From Blepharisma stoltei ATCC 30299 (lineage: Eukaryota > Protista > Ciliophora), in contig CBFDEM010000018.1 in assembly GCA_965603825.1 (NCBI GenBank), positions 930,001 to 994,000 on the forward strand: 64,000 bases of DNA. Reading direction: 5' to 3'. Position numbers and translations under genes: made by a program. The notes under the pieces were generated by a model. The model was not told the DNA's origin and made no database searches. It was given only the letters and a program-made list of their open reading frames with translations. This document shows positions 1-11,955 of the stretch, in pieces. Numbering within the stretch: the first letter of the stretch is position 1; every line of letters starts with the position of its first letter.

Positions 1-822
1 CCAATAGCGAAATCAACTCTTGAGTATTTTTTAAGCCTAAACATACCGCTGTTAAACGTCTATGGAATGTCAGAGTGTGCAGCCCCAGAAACTATGAACT
101 ATCTTCATAATAACAATATATGAAGTGTTGGACAGCCTGTGAATGGGACAAGGCTTAAAATTCTTAGCCAAAGCGGAGAAGAGGTGCCAAGAGGGACCCG
201 CGGAGAAATTTGCATGAAGGGACGTAATAGATTTATGGGCTATTATAAGAATGAAACAGAAACTAAAGCAACAATTGATAAAAATGGTTTCTTGCACAGT
301 GGAGATGAAGGATACCTTAACGAAAAAGGGTTTCTATTCATAACAGGAAGATTCAAAGAACTTATCATTACAGCTGGTGGAGAAAACATTCCTCCAGTTT
401 TAATAGAGGACACCATAAAAGAGGAATGCAAACTAATTTCAAACTGTATGCTAGTTGGAGACCATAAAAATTATTTAGCTTTATTGCTAGCTATTAAAAC
501 CGAGCCTGGACCTGACCTGAGTTTGACCAGAGTTTTATCAGGAGAAGCATTGAGGATTCTTGCAGAAATAGGATCAACAGCAAAGACCTATGATGAAGCT
601 ATGAGTGACCAAAAAGTCAAAAAATATATACAGGAAGGAATTGATAGGGCGAATAAAAGAGCTATTTCGAAGGCTCAGCATGTGAGGAAATGGGTATTTT
701 TGCCAAATGATTTCTCACTGCAAGGTGGAGAATTAACACCGACAATGAAATTGAAAAGGAAATTTGTAGCACAAAAATATGCTAGTCTGATTGAAGAGCT
801 CTACACTAGTCCTAATTTATAA
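1..822 (+). CDS. Long-chain fatty acid-CoA ligase (ACSBG/bubblegum-like), 5'-truncated by window edge
   Basis: Frame 1 is open from base 1 with TGA121=Trp: ...LNVYGMSECAAP...; GFLHSGDEG, ITGRFKELIITAGGENIPP and GGELTPTMKLKR are AMP-binding ligase motifs; TAA at 820-822. Confidence 0.9.
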
Positions 823-929
823 TTAATTATAAAAGTTCTTTAATTGATTATAGAGAAATTCTGATTACAAAATGAGAATTAATTTATTTACAATGGAATT
901 AGTATAAGCATTCTGTATATTATTTATCA

Positions 930-1457
930 TTAATTTTTTGGCTTAGTGATAATCCTCTCTTTTGTTGGGTTGCTGAATAACCGATAATTGAGGATCTTAG
1001 TATTATAACTTCCAAAGCTTAGTGAGCTGTTCAAATCGCTCGGGATATCCACTGAAGCCCCACAGTCTTCAATATTTTTCAGCTCAAATCCTGTCACGTG
1101 CAAACTCTCATTCATAAACAGCTTTCTATTACTGTTATTTGAAGAAAACACCTGTGGACGTCTTAGCATAGGCTTTTTTAACGCACTATCCAACTCGCGC
1201 TCTGACTGGGACGCTAGAAGCTTGCTAGGAGAACTTGGAGCGGTCTTCAAGGCTCTATCATCCCATATAAAGCTATCAGGTGTTTGCCGACTTAAAAAAT
1301 TGTTTTCATTATTGCCAGTCTTCCCAGGTTTTTTTGTGAGGGAGTTGCGACTTGAGAAAGTATGGAGGAGAGTTGGAGTGCTTGGCTTCTTCATAGGATA
1401 ACGGGCATAGTGAGTATCATGGCCCTTTTTTAACGAACTTTTCGAATTCGAATCCAT
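930..1457 (-). CDS. Hypothetical Ser/Lys/Pro-rich protein, 175 aa
   Basis: ATG in TAAATG context, open to TAA, flanked by AT-rich spacers; no recognisable domain. Confidence 0.65.
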   Translation of the reverse strand: MDSNSKSSLKKGHDTHYARYPMKKPSTPTLLHTFSSRNSLTKKPGKTGNNENNFLSRQTPDSFIWDDRALKTAPSSPSKLLASQSERELDSALKKPMLRRPQVFSSNNSNRKLFMNESLHVTGFELKNIEDCGASVDIPSDLNSSLSFGSYNTKILNYRLFSNPTKERIITKPKN

Positions 1458-1675
1458 TTATTTCTTAATAGAACGTATCAATATGTTATGCATAGATTTT
1501 ATAGATTTCAAACTTAATCATAGAGTGCTAAAATTTAAATTAATTTAAGTGTATTGGTAAATTTACTTTAATTCTGTGATATTTTTGATGGCAATTCAAT
1601 ATAAATTCCATAATTTGCTTTATTCCCACACATTCTCAGTAATTTTTCTCTTTCTTATGTTTCAAATTTATACAA

Positions 1676-3664
1676 ATGGAACCCAAAAAATCAAAAACTT
1701 TAAAGTCAACTCGACCAATTTCTGCAGGCAAAAACACGATGGAAGTTATTGCTCCTCGTCAATCCACCACTGAGTCTCAGCGTTCTCGTAAAACTCCTAC
1801 TCGTAAACTTGAAAGAGTTTCCTCAGGATCTACCTCTCCCAGTACCTCCTTGACTGACTTTTCTTCAATTCGTCCCTCCACTCTTGACTCCACAGAAAGA
1901 TCCCGTCTCGAACTCTTAGCCACAAACCCTCTAAAATCTTCTACAAGCATCAAAGAACTTTCCCAAAGATCCCAAGAGCTTCAAGAAATGCTGCGAGAAA
2001 AAGAGGAGCAAATGAAACAAATCCAATCAATTGTGAGCCAAATGCAAGAAAAATCTGAATTATTTGAGGAAGAAGAAAGCTATGAACAAGTAATGGACGC
2101 GTGAAGAGACATAAATGATGAAGGAAGAGAAAAAGCAAGGCAAAAAAGAATCAAAGAGATCGAAGATTTCACAGAAAGCTTGAAAAATCAGAGAGATGAG
2201 GAGGGTAATAAAATTGTGGAATTTCCAGAAGATTACGAAGAAATCCTACAAACAGCGACAGACCATGCAGTGCTCGCAAAAGAGGCAAATCAAGAAGAAG
2301 AAAATGTGAATTGGATACAGGTGTACCAAGCAAAGCATGCAAAGGAGAAAGAAGACACTAAATATAGGCAAAAGATGGAAAGAATTAAACAATTGGACTT
2401 GGTAATTGCTGAGAAAGAAAAGCAATTAAGAGATATCAGAAGCAGGGACTCGGAAAGTGATAGAAGAAGTGTTGATAGTAAGGAATCTGTTTTCATTACT
2501 CGTCCAGGTGCAAAAAGTCAAGCTCATTCTGTTTCTTCTATTAGCACTCGAGCTCAACCGAAGGATAAGATTCTCAAAAATATAGAAGCAGCTTCCAATT
2601 ATAAAGGGCATTATTCTTTAATCGATAGGCTCGGAAATAGCGACAAAACCAAGCTAGATCGGCTATTACAAGAAGCAGATTCGAAAGCAATACAAGAATA
2701 TACAGGCATTATATCAAACGATACCTCTAAAAGATTAGAAGAAATTGATGCCGCCCTCAGGAACATGGTCCCCCAAAGTGATTGGGAATCCAGATCAATT
2801 TCTAATGGAGCCTCCTCTTCTGAAATAAGCTCCAAGAAATCTTCAACTGCTTCTAAAAAATCCAAAGCAAAGCCAGCAGAGCCAGCAATTTTAGAAGAAC
2901 AAGAAAGAAGAAATGACTACCAAAGGATAAAAGAAATCAATAAATCTTTGGCTGAACTAAATATGAGACCTCAAAGAGCTTTGACTGAAGAAGAGCTCCA
3001 GAGTTTAGTTCTTGATGCTACATTATCCATTGAAAGCAGCAATAGAGAAATCCAAAAAGCAATTTTATATGATAACTCCTCAATGATGGATGAAGCTAAA
3101 GAAATAATCAAAAAATTAGAAAATTTGGAAAGCCTTGATGTTGGACAACTAAATAATCTTCTTGGCGATGCTGAAAATGCAGTAGAAAAGTATGAAAAAG
3201 CAGTTGAATTACAAGAAAAGGTGATTGAAAATGAACCCCAATTTGTGAAGGCTAGACAAACACTGGAACAGTTTATGAAAGAATGTGATGAAAAAAAGGT
3301 TGAGCTTGAAGATGCATTAGAAAAATTAAATAAAATGGATAGTCAGATACAGAAAGAGCTCAGGGCGTGCCAAGATAGCGAAGAACTTGAAAAACTGGCT
3401 GAAAATGAGAAAATATATATTCCTGAAGATAAGCAGTTGTCAGTTGAAGAAATAGACCAAGAAATTGAAGCAAAGGTTATGAACAATTATAACCAGCCGC
3501 AATCAAGTTTTAGTGATCTGGCTGATATTAATCCAGAAAATTATCCAACTTTATATTATATGTATGAAAGAGTTCTTCAAGAGCCAGATGGCGATAAGCT
3601 TATAAATCAAGTGACAAATAATGATGAATTTCGTAATAATGAAGAGAAGAATGATGAAGAATAA
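1676..3664 (+). CDS. Coiled-coil protein, FSIP1 (fibrous sheath-interacting protein 1)-like, 662 aa
   Basis: ORFs 1676-2104 and 2180-3664 are in the same frame and join through TGA2102; segments MERIKQLDLVI, KILKNIEAA, RLEEIDAAL and LTEEELQSL resemble FSIP1-family blocks (family call tentative). Confidence 0.7.
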
Positions 3665-4188
3665 AGAAATTAATTTGAAGAAAATGCCAAAAATTAGCAT
3701 CATTGGTTTTATATATTATTGTTCTTTAGAAGCGCATTTCTTCACTTAATTCTTTTAAATTCATACCGTAAATATTTCTTTCACGATTCCATATAGCATT
3801 GCAAGTGCTAAAAAGCCATAAATGATTTCTTTTAATAATTATGTAAGGCAACAATTTTTATAATGGCCAATACTAGAGAGTCAAAATCAAAAAGAATAGA
3901 AAAAAATAAAAAGTGGTAAAACCTTAGCTATCTTAACAAATTAAAGCTCAGAATGTGTAAGCAAAGAGAATTTCTGTAATTATTAGTTTTAAAACCAAAA
4001 GCTTTATTTTTATTTATTTGAATCACTGCTATCTTAATTTAACTTATAGTTTATATGCTTTAGGTCAAAATGAAATTTTAAATTCTGATCACAAGCCTTT
4101 CAAATTTATATTCACTTCAGTAAATTATTATATTGGCCAAAAAACTTATAAATTCTGTTGAATTAGCCGAAATATTAATAGAAATAAA

Positions 4189-5703
4189 ATGGGTGCATGC
4201 ATTTCAAAACATGATAATCAAAGCCAGAATGCTTCAATGCTTCCTATTGTGCAACAAATTCCAGAATTTTATTATTTGTCCCGACTTAGCAAAGAGATCC
4301 TCCACATAAAGCCGCAAGCGATAACTAAGTATTCCCTTGGCAAAAAATTAAAAATTTATGAAGATTCTGCAATAGGGTATCTTTCCGACAATAAAATTAT
4401 GGTTATTGGTGGGAGTGATAAAACTGGCTGTTTAGTTAATAACGCTTATATAATCGATTTAGCCAGCAAACAAGCTTCAGTTATTTCGAAGTTGCCTTTA
4501 GGGTCAAAGGGAGGGCACATATTTCAATATAACAAATATGTCTATTATATCGATGGGCTGATTGAAGGAGAGAATGAAGATTCTAATCTAATGGTAGAGC
4601 CTGCTCCTCTTATGAGATATAGCACAGATGACAACTGTTGGGAATATTATGTCAGCCATAAGCATGCAGTTAAGAAGGAAATAAAAACATTTTTAACAAA
4701 AAGAGTCACTGAAAGACATGATGACTATGAGACTAAAAGGTCTCATATCAGAGAGATTTCATACACAGATCTTATAAATTCAGGTATCTTTTTATATAAT
4801 GGGAAAATTTATTTCATAGGTGGGCAGAGAATCAATACTATAGGAAAATTAAAGTCAACTAAAAAGATTTACTCTTTGGATTGCGATTCACTAGAATTTA
4901 AACTTGAACCATGCAGAATGCCTATAAAAATATTAAACCCTCTATGCGCAGTTCGTTCTAATAATGTTGTTATAGCTGGAGGAATTAATCCGATTGATAA
5001 TAAGCCAAACTATCAAGCTTACACTTTGGTTTTCTCTGAAAAAATGGAATTCAAAAGACTAGAATCAATAAAAGACCCAATTTCAGAAAAATACCCACCT
5101 CTGACAACTAAAGAAGCTTCACTATTTTTTTCGTATCCAAAAGTGCATTATATAGATAATGGCTTATTAAAATGGTCTCAAAAAGATATTGATGAAATCT
5201 CATCAAAAGCAATTATCAACCCTGATAAAAAAATAGAAATTTCAGAAAACAAAGTTGAAGAAAAGAATCCAGTAAAATATCACCATAAAATTTCTACAGC
5301 TCTTCCTCTTGAGGAGCATAATAGCTTTGATAAAGAAGAAGGGTCGCCAAGCTCAAGCGAATATAATGAAGAACCTTTGATTGAACCTATTGAAAGCCAT
5401 AGAATTCAAACAGAAAATCCAAAAGCAACTCATGATAGATTTATTGAAAAAAGCAATTTTGTTTATGAAGAAATAGGACCTGGAGGGTTGAAAAGATTAA
5501 TTAGAGGCATGACATTTGATGTAGATGAGTTTAAGAGGAGACTTACAATTATAGAGGAAGAAAAAATGAAGAAAAAAGATATGGCAACTCATAAAAATAC
5601 AGGGTTCAAAGATTGGATTATTGGGGAAAAAATTGAGGGAGAAGAACAACCTGAAGTAAGAAAAAGAAACGAAGAAATTAAAGTTGTGAGAGATCGCGCA
5701 TAG
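4189..5703 (+). CDS. Kelch-repeat-like protein with N-terminal acylation signal (MGACISK)
   Basis: IMVIGGSD, KIYFIGGQ and VVIAGGIN kelch-type GG motifs; G2/C4/S6 myristoylation-palmitoylation pattern; TAG stop. Confidence 0.75.
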   Translation: MGACISKHDNQSQNASMLPIVQQIPEFYYLSRLSKEILHIKPQAITKYSLGKKLKIYEDSAIGYLSDNKIMVIGGSDKTGCLVNNAYIIDLASKQASVISKLPLGSKGGHIFQYNKYVYYIDGLIEGENEDSNLMVEPAPLMRYSTDDNCWEYYVSHKHAVKKEIKTFLTKRVTERHDDYETKRSHIREISYTDLINSGIFLYNGKIYFIGGQRINTIGKLKSTKKIYSLDCDSLEFKLEPCRMPIKILNPLCAVRSNNVVIAGGINPIDNKPNYQAYTLVFSEKMEFKRLESIKDPISEKYPPLTTKEASLFFSYPKVHYIDNGLLKWSQKDIDEISSKAIINPDKKIEISENKVEEKNPVKYHHKISTALPLEEHNSFDKEEGSPSSSEYNEEPLIEPIESHRIQTENPKATHDRFIEKSNFVYEEIGPGGLKRLIRGMTFDVDEFKRRLTIIEEEKMKKKDMATHKNTGFKDWIIGEKIEGEEQPEVRKRNEEIKVVRDRA

Positions 5704-6059
5704 ATTTGAAATTTTTAATAATTTTCCATTATATTTTGATTAAGAAATATTAATAGCTGAGCTTATAAGCAATATAAAAATAATCATTTAGCATAAACTG
5801 ATATGACAAAATTGATAATTTTATAAAAATGCTAATTTGCCTTCAAATAAAAATTTGAGTATGAATTTTTAATTAATTTTTTTCTCATATTATCTCATTT
5901 CAAATTAAACATTAAAAAAAGCCATTAAAATTATTTAACTGATTAATTTTCTATGCAAATATAAAATCTGACATTTTATTATTTAGCCCATATTACCAGC
6001 AAAAATGCCGTTCCATTTTAGCATATTTAAGCAAAATACAAAAGTAATAATTTATAACA

Positions 6060-6530
6060 ATGGAATCAAGAGAACCAAGGTCAGGCTCTAGAAACACGAA
6101 CAGGGTTATTGTAGATGATAATGAAGGAAGTTCCTCAAGCTCTTCTGAAGACGAAGGACCAGAATTGCCAAAAGAGCTCAAACAAGTCCCGAGTAGTTAT
6201 GCCTCGAGTTTTCAAAAAAAAAGGAAATGCAATTGCACAACCAAATGTTGGAAAGATTGACTTATAATTTTTTTAGCATTTTTGGCTTTTTACTGCTTTT
6301 TGGGATTTTTCATGTGGGCAATGGTCGAACCAATGCTATATGATACCTACACCACTCTAATAATTTGGGGAAGCATTTGGGTTGCTTTTGTTATGTGCAT
6401 TCTGATTGCTGTAATATGGAGGCAACACCAGCTTAAATTAGAGAGATTTAAGCTTGAAGAAGCGGAAAGGCGTGCAGAAGAAGAAAGACTGAAGCCAGTT
6501 CAAGTGAAGGTTGATGAAGATAGAGAATAA
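6060..6530 (+). CDS. Small membrane protein with two predicted TM helices, 156 aa
   Basis: ORFs 6060-6260 and 6282-6530 join in frame through TGA6258 (CWKDWLIIFLAFLAF); two hydrophobic stretches, then a charged helix. Confidence 0.75.
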
Positions 6531-6763
6531 ATAATATAAGTTTTTAACAGAAAGCTTGAAAAAAATAGAGTTGATAAACTATAATGCATTTTCCAATAAA
6601 TTAAAAAATTTCGATATATAAACCTGAGATCTTAAAAAGAATTATTTTATAATATTGCTGATATAAAATATTATTTAAAGCTCGAGTTTCTTGCATTTAA
6701 TTATAGGAAAACCGCCTAAAGAGCATGCTTATCACTTTGAATTATATCATTAAATTATTTATT

Positions 6764-7507
6764 CTAAGTAGCTGAAAGCATCCTTTCAGCATCGTTTGAA
6801 GGTTTAAGCAAGAATCTTTCTCTTTTCGCAGATGTGTCCCTTATAGGAGTTTTCGTTCTTTCTTGCTCAGAAGGGGTAAGAGGAATATATTGCTGCGATT
6901 CTAGCCTATCTAGCCTCGATTTAAGTAGATGAAGCGTCTGCAATGCCTCAGTATGCTCTTCTTGCATGAGTCCAAGCTGAGTTTTAAGCCTTTTATTTTC
7001 CATCTCCAAAGCTTCCACTCTTTGCTCATACTCTGAATGTTTATGAGATTTTAAATCCTTTTTCACTCTTTTTATAATTTGTCTCAAATCTACAAGTTCA
7101 CGCTGTAAGACTGAGTAAACGTTTTCAGGCAGTTTGTCAGGCATAACTTCAGTTTGTGCATATTGGCGGGCTTTCACATTTGATTTTTGATTTTGAGTTT
7201 GTCTGCTTGGGTCTGCTGTTGCTAAAAGCTTTTTTAAGTTCTTTATCGTTTCGTTGTACTCTGTCCTTAGTCTTTCTGCTCTTGCTTTGACAGCTTTCGG
7301 TGTCAATGACTCGCTCCTTAGCTGTGAGCACTTAGCCATAACTTGAACCATGTTCATTTTCAAAGTTCTCAATACTTCCACAAATCTCTCTCGAATTTGT
7401 ACAGGAATTGAGGTATCTTCTTCAACTTTTTCTTTGCAGGACTGAAGCCCTTCAAGCTCTTCTCTCAGCGTGGATTCCCATTCTCTTACTTCTTCCAAAA
7501 TATCCAT
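6764..7507 (-). CDS. Hypothetical coiled-coil protein
   Basis: Likely ATG at 7507 (MDILEEV...; the longer track ORF begins at a non-ATG codon in the AT-rich spacer); heptad-rich; TAG stop. Confidence 0.75.
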   Translation of the reverse strand: MDILEEVREWESTLREELEGLQSCKEKVEEDTSIPVQIRERFVEVLRTLKMNMVQVMAKCSQLRSESLTPKAVKARAERLRTEYNETIKNLKKLLATADPSRQTQNQKSNVKARQYAQTEVMPDKLPENVYSVLQRELVDLRQIIKRVKKDLKSHKHSEYEQRVEALEMENKRLKTQLGLMQEEHTEALQTLHLLKSRLDRLESQQYIPLTPSEQERTKTPIRDTSAKRERFLLKPSNDAERMLSAT

Positions 7508-7623
7508 GTAATAATTTATTGCATTTCCATAAAGTTTAAAATTTACGAAGTCAAATAATAATTTTATTAACAAAATGGCAAAATTTTAAAATAAAAAACT
7601 ATAAAATTCGTTATACAATGCAT

Positions 7624-8142
7624 TTAATCTTGTCTTGGACGCTTCACAGGTTCACCACATGTTACTGGAATGAATCCAGACATGTCGCACTGGTTGTTTT
7701 CTGAGAAATTCCTCAAAGGCCCATACTGAGAGCTATACCCTGAGGCTTGCTGAGGATAGGAAAACCCTTCATTTGACCTCCAGTAATGATTTTGCTGGAC
7801 ATTTATTGCCTTATTTAATTCTCCCATGTACTTCACGTAAGCACTATATTGCATCATCTGCATGTACTTGTAGTAAAACTGCAAGTGCATATTAGGTTGC
7901 AGGTTTGGCTTAGAAATCGCTTCAGGCTGGACTTTTGAGGCTCCAAGCTTCTCTATTTTGATGAAATATTTCTGGGCATGCGATCGAATTTGCGCCCCAG
8001 TTCGGGTCACGACATGCTCTTCTACCTTTTTCCAGTTCTTCCCATACAGTTCGATTGCCTTTAAGAATCGTTGATGCTCTTCATAAGTCCAACGGCCTGG
8101 CCTTTTCCCGAGCTTTGCTGAATCGCTGAATTCATGGTCCAT
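7624..8142 (-). CDS. SHAQKYF-class single-Myb transcription factor (CCA1/LHY/RVE-type domain)
   Basis: GRWTYEEHQRFLKAIELYGKNWKKVEEHVVTRTGAQIRSHAQKYF. Confidence 0.92.
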   Translation of the reverse strand: MDHEFSDSAKLGKRPGRWTYEEHQRFLKAIELYGKNWKKVEEHVVTRTGAQIRSHAQKYFIKIEKLGASKVQPEAISKPNLQPNMHLQFYYKYMQMMQYSAYVKYMGELNKAINVQQNHYWRSNEGFSYPQQASGYSSQYGPLRNFSENNQCDMSGFIPVTCGEPVKRPRQD

Positions 8143-8998
8143 GTTTATTTATTGGATTTATTGTTAAATGGATGTTAATTGAACTGAAATTTACACAAAA
8201 CGGTTTTGTTCACCAGCATAAAAATCCAAGGCTTAAAAAATTAATTTGAAATGTAAAAAACAGAAATCTAAAAATAATAAGTATCTTTATTTGTCTAAAA
8301 TAAGATTCAAGACTGAAAATTTCCCCTTCAATTTCTTATAAAATTTCGTATAAAATTGGCACGTCAAAGTATTTGTAATGTGTTTCAACAAAAAAGAAAA
8401 GTCTAGAATCCCTGTTGAATTTAAGATATTAGCAATTTATTCAACAGCAAGTTTAATGGGAATTCAAAATTTAACTATGGATGCGGAAAACCCTTAAAAA
8501 TTCTTGGCATTTGAGAAATCTCTAATGTTTTACCGATAAGTTTCTAATGAATTCAAAGCATATTACCAATTTTTTATAAATTTAACTTTTAAAAATTAAT
8601 TCGAATTAAAAGATTTTATGGCACCAGTTCTTTCAAGGCTTAATCTGACAGTTTAGAGCTATCAAAAAATTGCCAAAATTTCCTAAGATCTATATGATAT
8701 GAAGAAAGATGGATAAAATTCAATATCGTAATTACTGATAGGACATTTACCAAAAATTATAATTGGAAGACTTATAAAACAATTAATAAGAGAGAATAGA
8801 AAGATAAAATAGAAAATTTAGCTTATTTAAAGAATTTTATCCTATGGAATGCTTAGCTAATTATCAATTTTTTAATCGCATAAATATGTGAAAAAGTTAT
8901 AATAAATCAACAAAATTAATCTCAGATATTTAACTTTAAATATTTAATTTGGTAATACTTGGGGGCATTGAGCTAAAATAGTTACTAAAATTATAGTT

Positions 8999-9634
8999 AT
9001 GGAAAATTTAGACATATGCTTGACTCCAAATTCTCTGAGAGACATGCTCAAAAAAAGGGCCAAGCTTCCACTCTATTTGCAAGTTCTAAGAATAAGAGAG
9101 ATAAGACAAACATATCTTAAAATAGAATTATCAGATTCTAGTTGTATTTTTAATGGAGTCGGAACAAAGACAGCAGCATTTAAAAGCTCAATTCATTATG
9201 GTTTCACACCTATGTGTTTGATCCAAGTTAACTCTTATGACATTATTACAAGCAAAGATGGAAGCGATAAAGTAATTACTTTAGAGAATTTTTTTGTAGT
9301 AAGTCCTCAAACAAGCATCATAGGAAATCCAAAATGAATAAGCAGAGTCAATAATTTTTTTGATGAAAATCCAACAAGTGTTTCAGATAATAACTCCAAT
9401 AAATCAGTGCAAATAGTTAGTGAGATGGAGAAAAGTGCAAGCGAATCAAATCATTCCGAAGGCTCAACTCTTTTTCAAGGGCAAAAAATAGCTCAACTTA
9501 TTGAGGATACAAATAAAATGCTATATGAAATTAAAACTGTTTATGATTCAAGATTTAATCAGTTGGAAAGCCAAATGCAAGGATTGCAAGCAGCAATGCA
9601 GAAAATTATTGATAATTTTAAAATAAATAGTTAA
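8999..9634 (+). CDS. RPA70 N-terminal (Rep-A_N) OB-fold-like domain plus C-terminal coiled coil, 211 aa
   Basis: ORFs join in frame through TGA9335; LTPNSL...LQVLRIREI...YLKIELSDS...LIQVNSY...ITLENFFVV...IIGNPK parallels the RPA70N pattern. Confidence 0.65.
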
Positions 9635-9722
9635 GTTGATTTAATGCCTGATACATAAAATACTAAGAACCTTAAATATAAATGAAGTCGTTTAGGCCCC
9701 CCTTCTCAAGGTAATAAAATAA

Positions 9723-11873
9723 ATGTCTGACAGTGAGAGTTCTTATGAAGATAGTAATGTATCTGACGAAGACTATGAAGCAGAAGTCTCCAAAAAGCGA
9801 TCAAAAAAATCTTCAGCGCGTCCAACTAAAAGACTAAAGAAAACCAGATTTGCAATGAGCAAATTCATTGATGACGCTGCAGAAAGTGGAGATGAAGAAG
9901 AAAGTGACGTTGACTCTGAATTTGAAGCTGAACGAGTTGAAGCTGAAAAATTAAGTAAATCTCTTCATAAGAAGCGAAACAACGCTATTGATACCATGGA
10001 GCCAGAAGAAATCGCTCGTGAGCTCGAACGCAGAGTCCATAGAGTTTCTTTTTCTGCAATTCCTAAAGATCTCGCACATTTATCTCAGCAACAGCAACTT
10101 CCCTCCATTGAGGATCCCAAACTTTGGCTCGTTGCTTGTCGAAGCGGCAAAGAAAGAGAAGCTGCTATAAATCTGATCCAGAAAGCCTTGCAAAGAGCTC
10201 AAGAAGGGTATGCCCTTGAAATCTTCTCAGTTTTCGCTTCCAATTATGTCAGAGATTATATATATGTTGAGGCTTATAAAAAAGCCCATGTCATCACAGC
10301 TGTAAAAGGGATCCACGTGCTCTTTGACAATAGAATATCAATTGTGCCTATTGAGGAAATGGTTGATGTGTTTTCTATGGACAAGTCAAAAAAGCAGACT
10401 ATTGAGCAAGGAATGTTTGTCAGAGTTAAAAATGGGGATTATAAAGGAGATTTAGCACAAATTGTATTAGTGGAAGAACATAGGGGTAAAGCAACTGTGA
10501 AATTAGTCCCAAGGCTTGAAAAAACTGGAAATAAAAAAATAAGGCCGCCTGCTAAACTTTTCAACCCTAATGATTATAGAGATTATGAAAGAAAAAGAGA
10601 CACAACCTCTCATGAGCTGTATTTCCAATGAAATGGTATGAGCTTTCACAACGGATTTTTATATAAAACTGTAGCACTTAGAAGTTTACAGATAGAAAAC
10701 GTCAGCCCTTCTCTTACAGAAATCCAAATTTTCCAAATAAATAATCAAGAAGATTTAGAAGACCAAAAAGCTCCTATAATTCAAGCAAGAAAAATCCTAT
10801 TTGTGCAAGGTGATAAGGTCAGAGTTACAAAAGGTGATGTCAAAGGTCTCACTGGGATCGTCATTTCTTCTAGCGACGGGATGGCTTCAATCGCTCCATT
10901 TGTTGAAGAACTTTGTGACCAGCAGCTAGACTTCCCAATCGACGATCTTTCAAAGTTCTTCGAGATAGGCGACCATGTAAAAGTAATTTCAGGAAGATAC
11001 CAAGGAATAACTGGAATGGTAGCAGCTTCCAAAGAAAGCTCATTAGACATGATCTGCGATGTCTCGAAAAATGTCATTACAGTTCTCAGCAATGATTTAA
11101 AACTCAGCGATGAAGTAAGCTGCGGGAATGGACAAATTGATAATTTAAGGGTCAATGACATTGTATGTTTGAATAATGATAAAGCTTTTGGCCTTGTATT
11201 AAAAGTAGACAGAGATTGCATAAAAGCCATCATGGACAATGGAGAAACTCGAACTGTGTGGTCTCATGAGATAGCAAGAAAATTTAACCCGAATAAAGCA
11301 TCAGTGATTGATAGGGATGGAAATACTTTGAAGTCAGGAGACATGGTGAAAGTCACTTTTGCGAGACATGAAAGACACGACAAGTCAGGATCAGTTAGAA
11401 ATGCCTTAAGAGGGATTTTGTTTTTGTATATGCCTGATTCGATTGATTCTAACTGCATTATCCCAATAAAAGCGAGCTATTGCATATTATTAGGAAGTGA
11501 CAAAAACAAGCCACAAACCCAAGGAGTATCTAAAAAGGAATGGGTTGGAAAAGCAATCAGATTAACTGCAGGACCTTACAGAGGATATACTGGGAAAATA
11601 ATAGATCTCATAGATAAAAGAGCAAGAGTTGAACTAAACACAATTAGCAAGACTATCACTGTAGATATTGAAATTTGTGCTGAAGTAGGATCTGCTGCAG
11701 ATGGGTTAGGGCTTCAAGCTCCTCAAGACAATCTTTCAAGAACTCCTGCACACTCGCCTGGATATCCAATGGGAACTCCTGCTCATGATATTGCTTCACC
11801 GTGGGGCGAAACTCCAAGGCATGACCCGTTCAGATCAGACTGGGCACGCTCTCCAAGTGCGAAAAGATTTTAA
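9723..11873 (+). CDS. SPT5: Transcription elongation factor SPT5
   Basis: Acidic N-terminus, LPSIEDPKLWLVACRSGKE (NGN domain), several KOW motifs (GDYKGDLAQI, GDHVKVISGRYQG, GPYRGYTGKI), TPAH repeats; two ORFs join through TGA10629. Confidence 0.95.
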
Positions 11874-11955
11874 TATAGGAATTGAAAAATTAACAAATTT
11901 CACATTTTTAAGAAAATATCAGTAAATTAATTTTTATCATGTTATACTCTGTAAG

